A stretch of DNA of 64,000 bases. Origin: Patellaria atrata CBS 101060. Lineage: Eukaryota. Both the position numbers and the translations under genes were made by a program. The notes under the pieces were generated by a model. It searched no databases, was not told where the DNA came from, and saw only the letters and a list, made by a program, of their open reading frames with translations. Positions 52,490 through 64,000 of this stretch are shown here, piece after piece (position 1 is the first letter of the stretch; every line of letters begins with the position of its first letter). Where the stretch lies: NCBI GenBank assembly GCA_010093705.1, contig MU006119.1, positions 73,002 through 137,001 of the forward strand. Reading direction: 5' to 3'.

Positions 52490-55400
52490 AATAGAAAATT
52501 TATTATAATTTTAATAAAATATAATTAATAATTATTTTTTCTAAAAATTAAAGAAGAATAATATAATTTTAATAAAATTAATAAAATTTCTAGATTAAAT
52601 TTATAAAAACTTAAATAGAAAATTAAAAGTTAAAGATAAATTAAAGAAATTAAGATAAAACTATTTAATAAACTTTTTAAAATTTTAATTTATATTTATT
52701 TAATTAATTAATAAAGATAAATTATTATATAATTAATAAAAAGAGAAATTTTATAATAAACTTTATAATAATTTAAGATTATTAATATCTTTAATAATTT
52801 AAAGATAATATTAATTAACTAAATATTTAAGATAAACCTTATAATTAAAGAATAAAAATAGTTAATATTAATTATAATAATAGATATAAACTATAATAAT
52901 ATATTTATAAATAAGAAATAATTCTTTAAAATTAATAATTTATTTAATTATAAATACTATTAAATTATTTAATTAAAATAGACTATTATAATTATTTAAT
53001 TAAAATAGACTATTATAATTATTTAATTAAAATAGACTATTATAATTAAAGATTAATAATAAAATATTATAATTTTAAAAAATAAATTATAAATTTAAAT
53101 TAATTTATAATATTAATTTAATATAAAATAATAAGATAAAGTTATTAATAAATAAAAATATAATTAATAGAAAATATTAATTAATTAAAAAAGGAAATTA
53201 TAACTATTTTAATAAAAGTAATTAAGTTTATAGACTAAAAATATTAACTTTAATCTTTAAAAGATAAAATTAAAACTATTAAATTTAATAAAAAGAAAAA
53301 TATTAAAACTTTTTAAAAAGTTAAAATTAAAATTAAGTAAATAAGTTAATATTATTAGAATTTATATAGATATCTATTTAATTAATAAAGAGAATTATTT
53401 ATAAAATATAAAATATAAATATATTATTTTAAATATTATAAATTTATATAAAATTAACTTCTTAATATAAAATTAATTTATAAAAGATAAAGACTTTTTA
53501 AATAAAGATAAAAATATCTATAAAATAATAATCTATAAAAAGTTATTTAAGAAGTATTATTATTTAACTTATATATTCTTAAAATCTATATTAGATAAAT
53601 TATTACTATTTAAAGAAAATATAAATTATAATATAATATTAAATTAAGATAATAATTTTACTATTAACCTTTTAAATAATATATTTATTAAATATTTATA
53701 GCTAATAAAGGACTATCTAAAGAAGTATTTTTAGAAAAGATTTATTATTTTAAATAAGATATTATATACGTTTTTAATATTATTTACTAAGAAGTTAAAG
53801 GAAGATTAAAGATTTTATATTAATTATAAAAACTTAAATAATATTATTAAGAAAAATAAATATCTATTATCTTTAATTAAAGAAATATTAATACGCCTTT
53901 AATAAGTAAAGATATTTATAAAACTTAATATAAAATAAGTATTCTACTAAATTTAAATAAAAAAGTTAATTAAAAATTTTATTATCTTTTAAATAAAATA
54001 TAAATTATTTAAATATAAGATATTATCTTTTATATTATATAATAATCTAATCTTATTTTAATAATTTATTAATAAAGTATTCTTTTAATACTTAAATAAC
54101 TTTTATATAATATATATTAATAATATACTAATCTATTTTAAATATTTACTAAAGTATTAAATCTATATTATAAAAGTGTTAAAAGTATTAATTAAAACTA
54201 ATCTATAAGTCGATATTAAGAAAAAGTGAGTTTTATATAATAAAGATAAAGTTTCTCGACTTTATTATTAATATTAACGGAATAGCGATAAATCTAGAAA
54301 AGACTAAAATAGTTTAAAATTAAAAGTTACTAATAAATATAAAGAAAATTTTATTATTTAATAAATTCTATAACTTCTACTAGAAATTTCTAGAGAAGTT
54401 TAGATAAATTATACGACTATTAATAATATAGATATAAAAAGGGGTTTAAAAACCACTTAAATAAAAAGAAAAAAAAATATTTAAAAAAGTAAAAAAGTTA
54501 ATTCTATTAAACTAAATATTAATATATTATAACTCTTTATTTAAGATAAAAGTCGAGTTTAATTATAGTAATAAGATTATTATAATAATTATATTATAGT
54601 TTTATAAATATATTTAAAGACTAATTACCTTCTAGACTAAGATATTATTAAAGATAAAATTAAGATATAAAATTCACGATAAGAAAATATTAGTTATAGT
54701 AAAAGTATTAATCGAGTAAAGAAGTATATTAATAGAATTATAATAAATTCTCTCTACTATAATTATTAACTATAAAGTACTAGAATATTTTACTATAAAA
54801 TAGTTACTTAATATTAGATAAACTTAATAGAATAAAGCTTTCTCTAATTTCTATTTCTAAATTATATATCGGCCTAGAGCCTAAAATATCGTAATAAATA
54901 TACTCTTTTATAAATAAGAAGACTTAAAAATAATAAAAAATAAAGATATTATAGTATAAATTTAAGTATTAATTAACTTAAATATAATAGTAGTATCTTT
55001 TTAACTTTTAATAAAATAATAATTATTACTTAAAAAGATATTTTAAAGTAGTAAGAAATATATAATCTTTAAAGAGAAAATAGTAGAAAAGTACACTTTA
55101 AAGTTAAGATTTAAGACTTAAATAATAATAGCTAAGATAGTAATAATTAAGTTTTTATAAAGGATAAAAGAAGTTAAAACTTAAAATTAAGAGTTTATAA
55201 TAATTAAAATATTAAAAGAAAGAAATAATATATTAAAGAAATATATTAATCTCGATTTTAGACTAGAACTTACGCTTATCTATTCTATAATTTTCACTAT
55301 AATTAAAAAAGAAAAGAAAGTTAGATATAAAGTAGAAGAAAGAGAAGATATATCTATAAATTTAAAATAATATATTTAAAATAAACTCGATTAGAAATAA

Positions 55401-55560
55401 AAGTCGCTAATAATATATTTACTAATAAATTAAATATTAGAAGTAAATCGGAAATATAACTCTTTATTAATATATTAAAAGTAAGTTAAAGTTAAAAAGA
55501 AATATTAAAAACTATAAAACGATTTATTTATTAAATTTAATAGATTTATAGTCCTAGATA
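52490..55560 (+). mobile_element. Partial Gypsy relic (gag fragment, RT, RNase H), duplicate of ~55900-59547 with an internal deletion
   Basis: Colinear with the downstream copy; RT motif YI(N)(N)ILIY at ~54112; RNase H IHDK at ~54673. Confidence 0.85.
52964..53044. repeat. 27-bp perfect triplication ATTATTTAATTAAAATAGACTATTATA
   Basis: Units at 52964, 52991, 53018; single copy in the homologous region near 57007. Confidence 0.9.
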
Positions 55561-58500
55561 AAAAGCTATAGAACGTTTTTAGGATAAGATTAATACCTTA
55601 AAAAAATAGATTAAGTAGTTTAAATTAAACTAAAAAAATATCCGGTTTAATAATAAATCTAACGATAAAGAACTATTAATATTATATAATTATAACGACT
55701 AAGCTAGAATAGTCGACTTAACTAGAAGCTATAAAAGTAAAGGCGATAATAAGATAAAAAAGTTCCTTAATCTATTAAAATTAACTAATAGTAAAAAGCT
55801 AACCTATAAGGAGTAGAAAAGTAAAATAAACAATAAACTTTATATTAATAGTAACTAGTTTTAAGATAAAAGAACGAAAACTATCTATATTAAAATATAA
55901 ATTAATGGCGAGGTAGCTAAATATATATACTTTTTCTTAGAATTAGAGAAGAATAACGTAATCTTAATAAAACTAATAAGATTTCTAGATTAAATTTATA
56001 AGAACTTAAATAGATAATTAAAAGCTAAAGATAAACTAAAGAAGTTAAGATAAAATTACTTAATAAACTTTCTAAAGTTCTAGTTTACGTTTATCCGGCT
56101 AGTTAATAAAGCTAGGTTATTACGCGACTAGTGGAAAGAGAAACTCCACGATAGACTCTATAATAGTTTAAGGCTAATAATAGTGGAAGCTATAAATAAC
56201 GATAAAATTAGCTTCTAGAAATACTATAGTAAAGTCACGATATAGATATAAAAGTTAAAAAGGTTAGATAAAGCTAGTAAAGCCTATAGAGAGAGTTAGA
56301 AGTGTGGTAAACTAACTAAAATAACTTCTATCTTAATAATAATAAATAAAACTTTATATCGATTAAGAAGTAGAGGAATTATCTTACCTATAACACTATA
56401 AGTAATAGAGTAGACTATAACTATTCGAAAGTTTATAGGTAACTACTTTAACTATAGTAAGGCCGGATATAAAGCGTTAAAATGCCGGGAACTAAAGAAG
56501 ATAATCGAAGTAAAGTTAGTCTAAAAAGATAAGTATTAGAGCTTAAAGTCCGATTTAGAGTTAAATTCGAAAAACGAGAAACCCTAAGTAGAGACTCTAT
56601 ATTAGGGCTAATAATAGAAGTATTAATAATACTAATTAACGATTTAGTATTAAAAAAGCTATTTATAATACCGTGCTAAATCTCGAAGAATAGAATTATA
56701 ATATAACTTAAGGCCCTAATCGATATTAAAGCTTAAGAGTATACCTTACTAAATAAAAGATAGCTACGCGCTCTAAAATAATACCTTAGAATTAAAGTTA
56801 AAAAGATAGACTAGAAAATCGAAGTTAATACCTTTAATAATTTAAAGATAATATTAATTAACTAAATACTCGAGATAAGCCTTATAATTAGAGGATAAAG
56901 ATAGCTAATATTAATTATAATAATAGATATAAGCTATAATAATATACTTATAGATAAGGAGTAATTCTTTAAAATTAATAGTCTACTTAATTATAAGTAT
57001 TATCGAATTATTTAGCTAGAATAAACTATTATAGTTAAAGACTAATAATAAGATATTATAATTTTAAAGAACGAGTTATAAACTTAAACTAATCTATAAC
57101 ACTAATTCGATATAGAACGACGAGATAAAGCTATTAATAAACGAGAACGTAACTAATAAAAAGTATTAGTTAACTAAAGGAGAAAACCGTAACTATTTTA
57201 ATAGAAATAACTAAGTTTATAGGCTAAGAATATTAGCTTTAATCTCTAAAAGATAAAATTAGAACTATTAAATCTAATAAAAAGAAAGATATTAGAACTC
57301 TCTAAAAAGCTAAAATTAAAGTTAAATAAGCGGGTTAATATTACTAGAATCTATATAAATATCTACTTAGTTAGTGGAGAAAACTATCTAAAAAATATAA
57401 AACGTAAAGATATTATTATAGATACTATAAGTCTATATAAGATTAACTCTTTAATATAAGATTAACTCTTAGAAGATAAAAACCCTTTAAATAAAGATAA
57501 AGATATTTATAAAGCGATAATTTATAAAAAGTTACCTAAAAAATATTATTATTTAGCCTATATATTCTCGAAATCTATATTCGATAAGCTACCACCGCTT
57601 AAAGAAGATATAAACTATAATATAATACTAAACTAAGATAATAATCTTATTATTAGCCCCTTATATAATATACTTATTAAACACTTATAGCTAGTAAAGG
57701 ACTATCTAAAGAAGTATTTTTAGAAGGGGTTTATTATTTCGAGCGAGACACTATACACGTCTCTAATATTATTTATTAAGAAGTTAGGGGAAGATTAGAG
57801 ATTTTACGTTAACTATAGAAAGTTAAATAATATTATTAAAAAGGATAAATATCTATTACCCCTAATCGAAAAAACACTAACGCGCCTTCGACGAGTAAAG
57901 ATATTTACGAAACTCGATATAAAATAAGTATTCTACTAAATCTAGATAAAGAAATTAGCCGAAGATCTTACTACCTTTTAAACGAGATATAGATTATTTA
58001 AATATAAAATACTACTTTTCGAGTTATATAACGGTCTAGTCTTATTCTAATAATTTATTAATAAGGCGCTCTTCTAATATCTAAACGATTTTTATATAGT
58101 ATATATTAACGATATACTAATTTACTTTAAATATCCATTAAAACACTAAACTTATATCGCGAAAGTGCTAGAAGTATTAGCTAAAGCTAGCTTATAAGCT
58201 GATATTAAGAAAAGCGAGTTTCACGTAATAAAGATAAAGTTTCTTAGCTTTATTATTAGTATTAATAGAATAGCGATAAATTTAGAAAAGACTAAAATAG
58301 TCCGAAACTAGAAGTTATTAACGAATATAAAGGGAATCTTATTATTTAATAAATTCTATAATTTCTACCGGAAGTTCCTAGAGAAATTTAGACGAGTTAT
58401 ACGACTATTAACGATATAGATATAAAAAGAGATTTAAAAACCACTTAAATAGAAAGAAAAAAAGGTATTTAAGAAAATAAAAGAGCTAATTCTATTAAAT

Positions 58501-61336
58501 TAAATATTAACGCACTACGACTTTTTACTCGAGACGAAAGTCGAGTCTAATTATAATAATAAGGTTATTATAGTAATTATATTATAACTCTATAAATACG
58601 TTTAAAGGCTAGTTACCTTCTAGATTAAAACGTTATTAGAGATAGAACTAAGATATAAAATCTATAATAAGGAAATACTAGCTATAATAAAAGTATTAGC
58701 TAAGTAGAGAAGTATACTAATAAAGTTATAATAAATTCCCTTTACTATAATTATTAATTATAAAGCACTAGAATACTTTATTATAAAATAATTATTTAAT
58801 ACTAGATAAACTTAATAGAGTAAAGCTCTCTCTAATTTCCACTTCCGAATCACGTATTAGCCCGGAGCCTAAAACGTTGTAGTAGACACGCTCTCCCGTA
58901 AATAAGAAAATCTAAAAATAGCGAAAGATAAAGATATTATAATATAAACCTAAATACTAATTAACTTAAATATAACGGTAGTATCTTTTTAGCTCTTAAT
59001 AAAATAATAACTACTATCTAAGAAGATATCTTAGAGTAGTAAGAAACGTATAATCTCTAGAAAGAAGATAATAGAAAAGTACGCTCTAAAGTTAAGGCCC
59101 GGGACTCGAGTGATAGTAGTTAAGATAGTAATAATTAAGCTTTTATAGAGGATAAAGGGAGCTAAAACTTAGAACTAAAGATTTATAATAACTAAAACCT
59201 CGAAAAAGAGGAATAATATATTAAATAAGTATATTAACTTTAACTTTAAATTAAGGTCCACGCTTATCTACTCTATAATTCCCACTATAACTAAAAAAGA
59301 AAAGGAAATTAGGTATAAAATAGAAGAAAAAGAAGATATATCTATAAATTTAAAACGATATATTTAAAATAAGCCTAATTAAAAATAAGAGTTACTAGTA
59401 ATATACTTACTAATAGATTAAATATTAGAAGTGAACCGAAAATATAACTTTTTATTAGTATACTAAAAGTAAGCTAAAATTAAAAAGAAGTACTAGAAAT
59501 TATAAAATAATCTATTTATTAGATTTAATAGATTTATAGTCCTAGATATAGATAATCTTAGAATATATCTAATATAAAACGTATATAACGCATTAATTAT
59601 AGAATATCTAGAAATTAAAAAGATAAAAGAATTAATCTAAACGCGATACTATTAACTTAGATTAATAGCTAATATAGATAAATATATTTAGAACTATTAT
59701 ATCTATTATCGAACGTATATATTAAGAGATAAAACCCCCGGTTTACTAAAATCACTACTAATTAGAGATAGATATTAGTAATACGTTATCTTCGACTTTA
59801 AATTATTCCTTAAGGATATATATAGATTCGAAATAGCGTTTATAGTAGTAGATTAATTAGAAAAAAGAGCGATTTCACTCCCTTATATTAAAGATATCTT
59901 AGTTAAGGTAACTATAAAGCTATACTATAAATATATATAGCGAATATATAGTATACTAGAGATAGTAATATTAAATTATAGTCTATAGTTTATTTCTATA
60001 TTTATAGATAAGCTTTATAAACTAATAAAAGTAAAATAGAAGCTATTTATAATTTACTATTTATAGATAAATAAAGATATAAAGATTATTAATTAGTATA
60101 TAAATTTATAGTTCCGGCCCTTTATAAACTACTACTAAAGTAATTAGTCGAAGTTATTATCTATAATAGACTTTATCTAGACTATATTAGTCTATAAATT
60201 AACGGGTATTTTCCCTTATAAGTTAGAATTTAATTATTAACTATAAATATATTTTAACTAATAAGAGTAGATAGATCTTAATATATATAAGATAGTTCGA
60301 GAAAAGATAAATAGAGAGGAAGCTTAATTATTTATAAAACACACTTATAATACCGTTAAATAGACGAGGAATAATCTAGAAAAGGTATAAATAATATAAA
60401 TAAAATCGGCTAATAAGTATCGGAGAGAACTAGATTTTAGATTAGAAGATTATATTTTTATCTTATATAAAGACTAGATATTAGATAGGCTAAATATTAA
60501 ACTAAACTATTAGAATATAGGTTTATATAAAATAATAGAAATAAAGAGATATTCTTATATAATCGATTTACCTACTAATATAAAGATATTGAATATATTT
60601 CACGTAAATAGGCTTTATAAAATATCGATAGACCTATTACCCGGATAACAGCTAAAATTATCACCGCCGATCGAAATAGACGGTAAGCCCGAATATAAAG
60701 TAGATAAGATTCTAGTAAGTCGTATCTCTCGCGGTAAGTTATAGTATAAAGTAAGTTAGATTAAATATAACTTTAATAAAATATAATATCTAGCTTATAA
60801 CTTTATCGAAGTATTATATAAGCTCGAAAAATTCTATAATTAAAGATTAGCTAATATCGAATTACTAGTCTAATTTAAAGAATAGCTCTAAACCTTTAAA
60901 TTCGAGATAGAAATAGAGCCGTACGATAATAATAATATAGTTAAAAAGAAAAAAGACTTATATAGATTTTAAAATATTATAAATAGATAATAAATCGTGT
61001 TATAGAATATTATTAATATTATTATAGAAATTAAGGCCGATTTCTACTATTAAAGAGGAGATAATATAATAATATATTATAATATTAATTCTATATTTCC
61101 TATATTAAGTATTTAATTTATTTATAAAAGATCTTTATCGAGTTAAATATAAAAAAGATCTTTAAACGCTAATTAGTTAAATAGAAGATAGTTAAGTTAA
61201 AATTTAATAAAATAGAACTATTATATATAGATATTCGACTTATAATATTATTATTCTTTAACTTAATCTCTATACTTAATAGTTAATAATAGAGATAATT
61301 AAAATATAATTACTATAGCTATACTATATTATTATA
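55560..61336 (+). mobile_element. Chromodomain Ty3/Gypsy (chromovirus) relic, 5'-truncated, with PPT and ~270-bp 3' LTR
   Basis: RIP-altered CCHC knuckle 56441-56488, RT YI(N)DILIY at 58102, integrase ~59550-60600, chromodomain PEY.VDKIL.SR..RGKL.YKV from 60688, PPT AAAGAGGAGA at 61052, LTR ~61066-61336. Confidence 0.88.
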
Positions 61337-61339
61337 ATA

Positions 61340-62155
61340 AATCTATATAAGATAATAGAAATAAAGAGATATTTTTATATAATCGATTTACTTACTAATA
61401 TAAAGATATTAAATATATTCTATATAAATAAGCTTTATAAAGTATTAATAAACTTATTACTTAAATAATAATTAGAACTATTATCGTTAATTAAAATAAA
61501 CGATAAACCTAAATATAAAATAGATAAAATCTTAATAAATTATATCTTTCGCGGTAAGTTATAGTATAAAGTAAGTTAGATTAGATATAATCTTAATAAA
61601 ATATAATATCTAGCTTATAACTTTATTAGAGTATTATATAAACTCGAAAAATTTTATAATTAAAAATTAACTAATATTAAATTATTAATTTAATTTAAAG
61701 AATAACTTTAAATCTTTAAATTTAAGATAAAAGTAAAGCTATATAATAATAATAATATAGTTAAAAAGAAAAAGCTTATATAGATTTTAAGATATTATAA
61801 ATAAATAATAAATCGCGTTATAAAATACTATTAATATTATTATAAAAATTAGGGCCGATTTTAACTATTAAAGAGAAAAGTAATATAATAATATATTATA
61901 ATATTAATTCTATATTTTCTATATTAAGTATTTAATTTATTTATAAAAGATCTTTATTAAATTAAATATAAAAAAGATCTTTAAATATTAATTAATTAAA
62001 TAAAAGATAATTAAACTAAAATTTAATAAAATAGAACTATTATATATAAATACTTAATTTATAATATTATTATTTCTTAACTTAATCTTTATACTTAATA
62101 GTTAATAATAAAGATAGTTAAAATATAATTATTATAATTATATTATATTATTATA
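61340..62155 (+). repeat. ~820-bp tandem duplication of integrase tail, chromodomain, PPT and LTR
   Basis: Colinear with 60520-61336 at an offset of ~820. Confidence 0.88.
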
Positions 62156-64000
62156 CTAGATTAAATTTTTCTTTAATAATCTTTAAAAAGATAATATAAT
62201 ATTTTAATTAAAGTATAATATTAGTTTAATTAATAAATAATTATAAAATTAATTAGAAATTTATAAATAATTAAGCTTTATTAATAATAAAATATTTAAT
62301 ATTTAAAAATATTAATATTAATAATAACGATAATTTAGTATTTAAAAGAAATTAAAATTAATAAATATAAATTATTTAAAAAAGTAAATATTATAGTAAA
62401 TTAAATAAAATAATTAAATCTTTAATAATTTTAATAAAGTAAATAAATAATAAATTAACTATAAATTTAAAAGTAAAAAGTAATATTAAATTAAAAGAAA
62501 AAATATATTAATATAAATTAATATTAAAAGTAATTAATTAATAAATTATTAATAATATTTTAGAAATAAATTTATAAAATTTATTAAAAAAAATTTCTAA
62601 AATAATAAAAAAAGAAAAATCTCTTAAATATATTATTATTATAAATAATTGAAATAATAATATAATTAATAAAATAAAAGAATAAATAGTTAAAAGTTTA
62701 AATTAATTTATAATAAAATATTTTTATATAAAAGTAAAATTTATAATTTAAAAAATATAATTTAAAAAAATAGTAAATTTTATTAATAAAATAATATTTA
62801 ATTTATAATTAAAGCTATAAATATATTAAATAAATAAAAAAGCTATAAAATATTTTTAAAATAAAATTAATATTTTAAAAAGATAAATTAAATAATTTAA
62901 ATTAAATTAAAAAAGTATTTAATTTAATAATAAATTTAATAATAAAGAATTATTAATATTATATAATTATAATAATTAAGTTAAAATAATTAATTTAACT
63001 AAAAGATTTAAAAGTAAAGATAATAATAAAATAAAGAAATTTCTTAATTTATTAAAATTAATTAATAATAAGAAATTAATTTATAAAAAATAAAAAGTAA
63101 AATAAATAATAAACTTTATATTAATAATAATTAATTTTAAAATAAAAAAGTAAAAACTATTTATATTAAAATATAAATTAATAATAAAATAATTAAATAT
63201 ATATATATTTTTTTTAAAATTAAAAAAGAATAATATAATTTTAATAAAATTAATAAAATTTTTAAACTAAATTTATAAAAATTTAAATAAATAATTAAAA
63301 GTTAAAAATAAATTAAAAAAGTTAAAATAAAATTATTTAATAGATTTTCTAAAATTTTAATTTATATTTATTTAGTTAATTAATAAAGTTAAATTATTAT
63401 ATAATTAATAGAAAAAGAGACTTTATAATAAATTTTATAATAATTTAAGATTAATAATAATAAAAACTATAAATAATAATAAAATTAGCTTTTAAAAGTA
63501 TTATAATAAAGTTATAATATAAATATAAAAGTTAAAAAGATTAAATAAAACTAATAAAATTTATAAAAAAAATTAAAAATATAATAAATTAATTAAAATA
63601 ACTTTTATTTTAATAATAATAAAAAAATTTTATATTAATTAAAAAGTAAAGAAACTATTTTATCTATAATATTATAAATAATAAAGTAAATTATAATTAT
63701 TTAAAAATTTATAGATAATTATTTTAATTATAATAAAATTAGATATAAAGTATTAAAATACTAGAAATTAAAGAAAATAATTAAAGTAAAGTTAATTTAA
63801 AAAGATAAATATTAAAGTTTAAAGTTTAATTTAAAGTTAAATTTAAAAAATAAGAAACTTTAAATAAAAACTTTATATTAAAATTAATAATAGAAATATT
63901 AATAATATTAATTAATAATTTAATATTAAAAAAGCTATTTATAATATTATATTAAATTTTAAAGAATAAAATTATAATATAACTTAAAACTTTAATTAAT
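62156..64000 (+). mobile_element. Further, more degenerate copy of the chromovirus 5'/gag region running off the window
   Basis: ~62830-64000 colinear with ~55560-56730; begins directly after the duplicated LTR. Confidence 0.8.

Larger units (their letters stand above)
36930..64000. other. AT-rich, RIP-degenerated transposon block
   Basis: Abrupt switch to very low GC, TpA-rich and CpA/TpG-poor sequence; recognisable TE relics; no ORF in the track after 38226. Confidence 0.95.

Overview
Filamentous ascomycete (Pezizomycotina) genomic DNA in two compartments. Bases 1 to ~36,900 are gene-rich. They hold an EF-hand type II NAD(P)H dehydrogenase, an orphan repeat protein, ESF1, a Pro-1 tautomerase-family protein, two convergent tRNA-Ile(AAU) genes, a conserved hypothetical protein and an asparagine-synthetase-domain protein. 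An accessory stretch follows (HET pseudogene, intact UbiA prenyltransferase, F-box/ankyrin pseudogene), then PPG1 phosphatase, a P/Q-rich protein and the AP-3 beta subunit. From ~36,930 to the end the DNA is extremely AT-rich and made of RIP-degenerated transposons: three Fot1/pogo copies, one full-length Gypsy with paired LTRs and a 5-bp TSD, and a tandem array of a chromodomain Gypsy. The standout observation is the tRNA-Ile gene at 12721-12858. Besides the normal 14-nt anticodon-loop intron, it carries a 50-nt GTAAGT...CTAAC...CAG spliceosomal-type intron at the D-arm/anticodon-arm junction. A paralog 1 kb away lacks this intron and differs in the mature sequence by only one compensatory base pair. 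Exon boundaries and repeat alignments were read by eye; no database searches were run.
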